DNA of 64,000 nt from Squalus acanthias (lineage: Eukaryota), in contig CM059433.1 in assembly GCA_030390025.1 (NCBI GenBank), positions 6,324,001 through 6,388,000 on the forward strand, in the 5' to 3' direction. The position numbers were made by a program, and so were the translations under genes. The notes beneath the pieces were generated by a model, which was not told where the DNA came from, searched no databases, and was given only the letters and a program-made list of their open reading frames with translations. Shown piece by piece: positions 61,004 through 64,000 of the stretch; position 1 is the first letter of the stretch; each line of letters opens with the position of its first letter.

Positions 61004-63887
61004 AGATACAATGTGTCTTACCCTAGCACACCCCCTTTGTGAAAGTATATAGTGCTTGTCTTCGAATACCTAACCCAGTGCTCCCTGTAAGCAGAACTGG
61101 CCAACTCGTACCTCATGAGATCGAGTGGCCTCTGAGTTTGTATTGCAGGATTTCTAAAAGGCCATCCGTGGTTGTCTTGTGGCCTATCTCGCTACATTTC
61201 AATCACCTGCGCTCCTTGCCTTCAGCTCTCTGACTTCCGCTTGGTTGCCCCCCCCCCCCCCTCTAGCCTCATGAGCCGACCTGAGGCATCTAGTCTCCCA
61301 CTTGTGGTCATAAGGCCATAAAATGATCATGTGTGCTCAGTTGATCGACACTTTTACACTGCTGATCAAGTAATCAAATTCTTAAACTTGCTGGTACTAT
61401 TACTAGAAATCTTTCCCTTAACATTAAATGGCAAACACCTTCATAGACTGTTACGCCTTTGCTTTCCAGTCACATCTGCTAGTGTCCTTTAGTGTCGACA
61501 GACCAGGCAGGGGCAGTTTTCATTGGTAGTAACAGTCATTAAACTGTAATGTGCAGGTCCGTGTGTGTATCCGAAATGTCTTTGTGCCTTTAACAGAGAG
61601 CATGAGCAGAAGCATGGTGCATGAACAGGTGTATTTATGTGCAAAGATTTATATGTAATGTACTGGACATGGATGCTACTGAGTGAGTGAGTAAGATGAA
61701 TTTACTGTGTGCATACACCACTGTGCTTGTGTGACCCGATGCACCTTCTCAAACTTGCGGGTTCTAATCTACTTTTATGTCCCGCGGTCCCCAGGGATTA
61801 ACAAATGGCTGGTGGCTATGAAACACCATCTGTACAACCTGGTGAAGCAGAAGGTCATCCACCTCTAGGCATAAGCAAACCTGATACATTAGCATCGGTC
61901 ACAGGAGATTCTTGAGATGCTGTCACCCCTACATCCAAGAGGGCAGAAGTATGTTCCATTGACATTTGTACTGGGCTATGCGTTTTGCACAGGGCTGCTA
62001 CCGACTTGAGTGACAACTGACCAGCCCTACGCAATAACTCTGGATCGCACTGCGGAGGAGCGTATCCTCCTCTGGGGCATTAGTCTACTGGAGATCAGTG
62101 CATCCGAATGAGTTGCCACCATCCCTCCCGGGGGGTAGTCTGCAGTGTCGATCCCGTCAAGTCACAGCTCTCAAAACAGTTACAACTTCCAGCATTTTGT
62201 CACTCAGAGTTTCCACAGCTGCAGTGTGACCATCCATTCGAGATGCGCACACTGCGCTGATGATCTCATTCAACAAAGCAGCTACAGTGCCTGGCACTCG
62301 GCTGCACTTTAGACCTCAGGCTGGAGAAGCATTCCTCAGTCGCCGTACCCTTTGCTATTCAGTCTGCTCAGATAGTAGCCACGGACTTATTTTAGAGCAT
62401 TCAGAACTTGCACACCGTGCTCCCTCTGGATCCAAATGAGGCAGGTGCAACCATGCACATGGTCCAGCATCCTCTGCTCAAAGGGGGCCTGCTAAGAAAT
62501 ACCTCAAGAAAATTCAGAGTAATTGGGCCTTCTTTCGACACCTTTGTGCATCTCTGAAGATTTGCGTAGTGACAGTCACTCACCAATAGTGAATATACGT
62601 ACCTCCCTATCCTATTACAGTGGAGACTCCACGCCATTAAAATGTCTGGAGGTTAAACATTCCTCCTTCTCCTCTTGCTCTTTGTCTTGAGAGGTACCAG
62701 TAGCCAGACTTGTGGTCCCAACACCTGGGACAACAGAGACGTGGTTGTATTAATATCAGTTATGGCACTATGACCTGTGTGAAAGTCTTATTATTGCCAA
62801 GATAGTGATAGAGCAGGTGCAGAAATGAAGTTTTATATCTGCATGGATGAGTCAGGGATAGCAGTTTCAAATTTGAGGACAACAGGTGCTATTTATGCCT
62901 AACCGTGCAAAGTCATACATAGGGCATTCCAATTTATTCACACCATTTCAAACACAGGATGCAAATGACAGTGGGTGTACATATTTATTTTCCACATCGT
63001 GCCTCCCTCTCCATTTCCAGAGCGCCACCTGCCTTTATTGGACAGCCTGTGCTTGCTTTACAAATATCAATTTACAATAACAGTCCGTCCGTTTTTGAGT
63101 TTTCTCCAGATGGTGGAGTCAACACTATTTGTAGCCCATCTGCCTTGGGTGTCCATGGGGTGACCAAGTTGCCCTCCCTCATCTTCAGTGACTGGCCACC
63201 TGTTTTTCCAGGTGAGAAGCAAGTGGCTGGTGGTTGGAGATAGTTTCCGGGGACTCCTAACCAGGAGGATGGTGGCTGGACGAATTGGCTGGCCCAGTGG
63301 CCAACCCATGGAGCGGGAGAGCTGGGCGGGGTGGTGGTGTTAGAGTCAGAGGTCGAGCTGGGGGCTCTCTATCCAGCTCGGGAACAAAAGGACAGGGGAT
63401 ACATAGTCTAATTCAGTTTTCAGCCAATCCGTTGAGTGCGGCAGATGGGTGGGGCAAAGTTCTCCTTAAGATCGAGCTGGTCAGGATCAGAGAAATGGCT
63501 GACTAGAACAATGATATTTAACTTACTAATGGCACAGCGTGGCGGATTCTGCTATTTTCCATGTTGTGAGGAGGGATAAAGTAATTAAGTTGAAGTCCGG
63601 TGAGATGCATTTTAAATTTTATTCTGCTCACTCGCTTAACAACTGTAAAATAAACCCGCTTTGTTGATTTTAAACCGGCCTCTTCTCACGAAAGTGCTAA
63701 TCAGCCCACCTTTCAGAAGATTGGGGAAGTGCACAGGCGTGATTACAGTATCCAGTTCATATGACAAGGGGATTTCATTGTTAGAGTGACTCAAGGGCGG
63801 GGGATTCTATCGTAAGACTAGAAATTGGGCAGTAGAGGTAAACTAATTGTGCACACGGGATCGCTTGTGGGAGTGACCATTGGTGGT

Positions 63888-64000
63888 CAACATAAGAATT
63901 AGGAGCAGGAGTCGGCCATACGGCCCCTCGAGCCTGCTCCGCCATTCCCTAAGATCATGGCTGATCATCGACCTCAACTCCACTTTCCCGCCCAATCTCC
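63888..64000 (-). mobile_element. CR1 3' tail (continues beyond window)
   Basis: AACATAAGAATTAGGAGCAGGAGT..TCGAGCCTGCTCCGCCATT. Confidence 0.85.

Overview
Vertebrate genomic DNA, very likely shark/elasmobranch judging from the repeat families. There is no prokaryotic content. The only host gene is HPCAL1 (hippocalcin-like 1 / VILIP-3, a neuronal calcium sensor) on the minus strand. Its first coding exon is 1922-1524 (ATG at 1901). A probable CpG-rich promoter and non-coding first exon lie about 51 kb upstream (donor at 52938), so most of the window is probably one 5'-UTR intron. The rest is a dense mosaic of mobile elements: several CR1 subfamilies, a second CR1/L2-group LINE, L2 tails, an old L1-like remnant, HE1-like V-SINEs, SacSINE1-like DeuSINEs, Penelope-like elements (PLEs), a Gypsy remnant, a Harbinger remnant and several MITEs. 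Most notable: (i) minimal type-I hammerhead ribozyme motifs in PLE 3' ends, two with intact cores, in the gene's sense orientation near the two ends of the presumed large intron; (ii) a V-SINE that visibly swapped its LINE-derived tail; (iii) a candidate 35-nt uORF-bearing 5'-UTR microexon; (iv) a recent 411-bp inverted duplication; (v) a perfect 22-bp minisatellite amplified from a PLE RT. Repeat boundaries are by eye and family names come from recalled motifs, not database searches.
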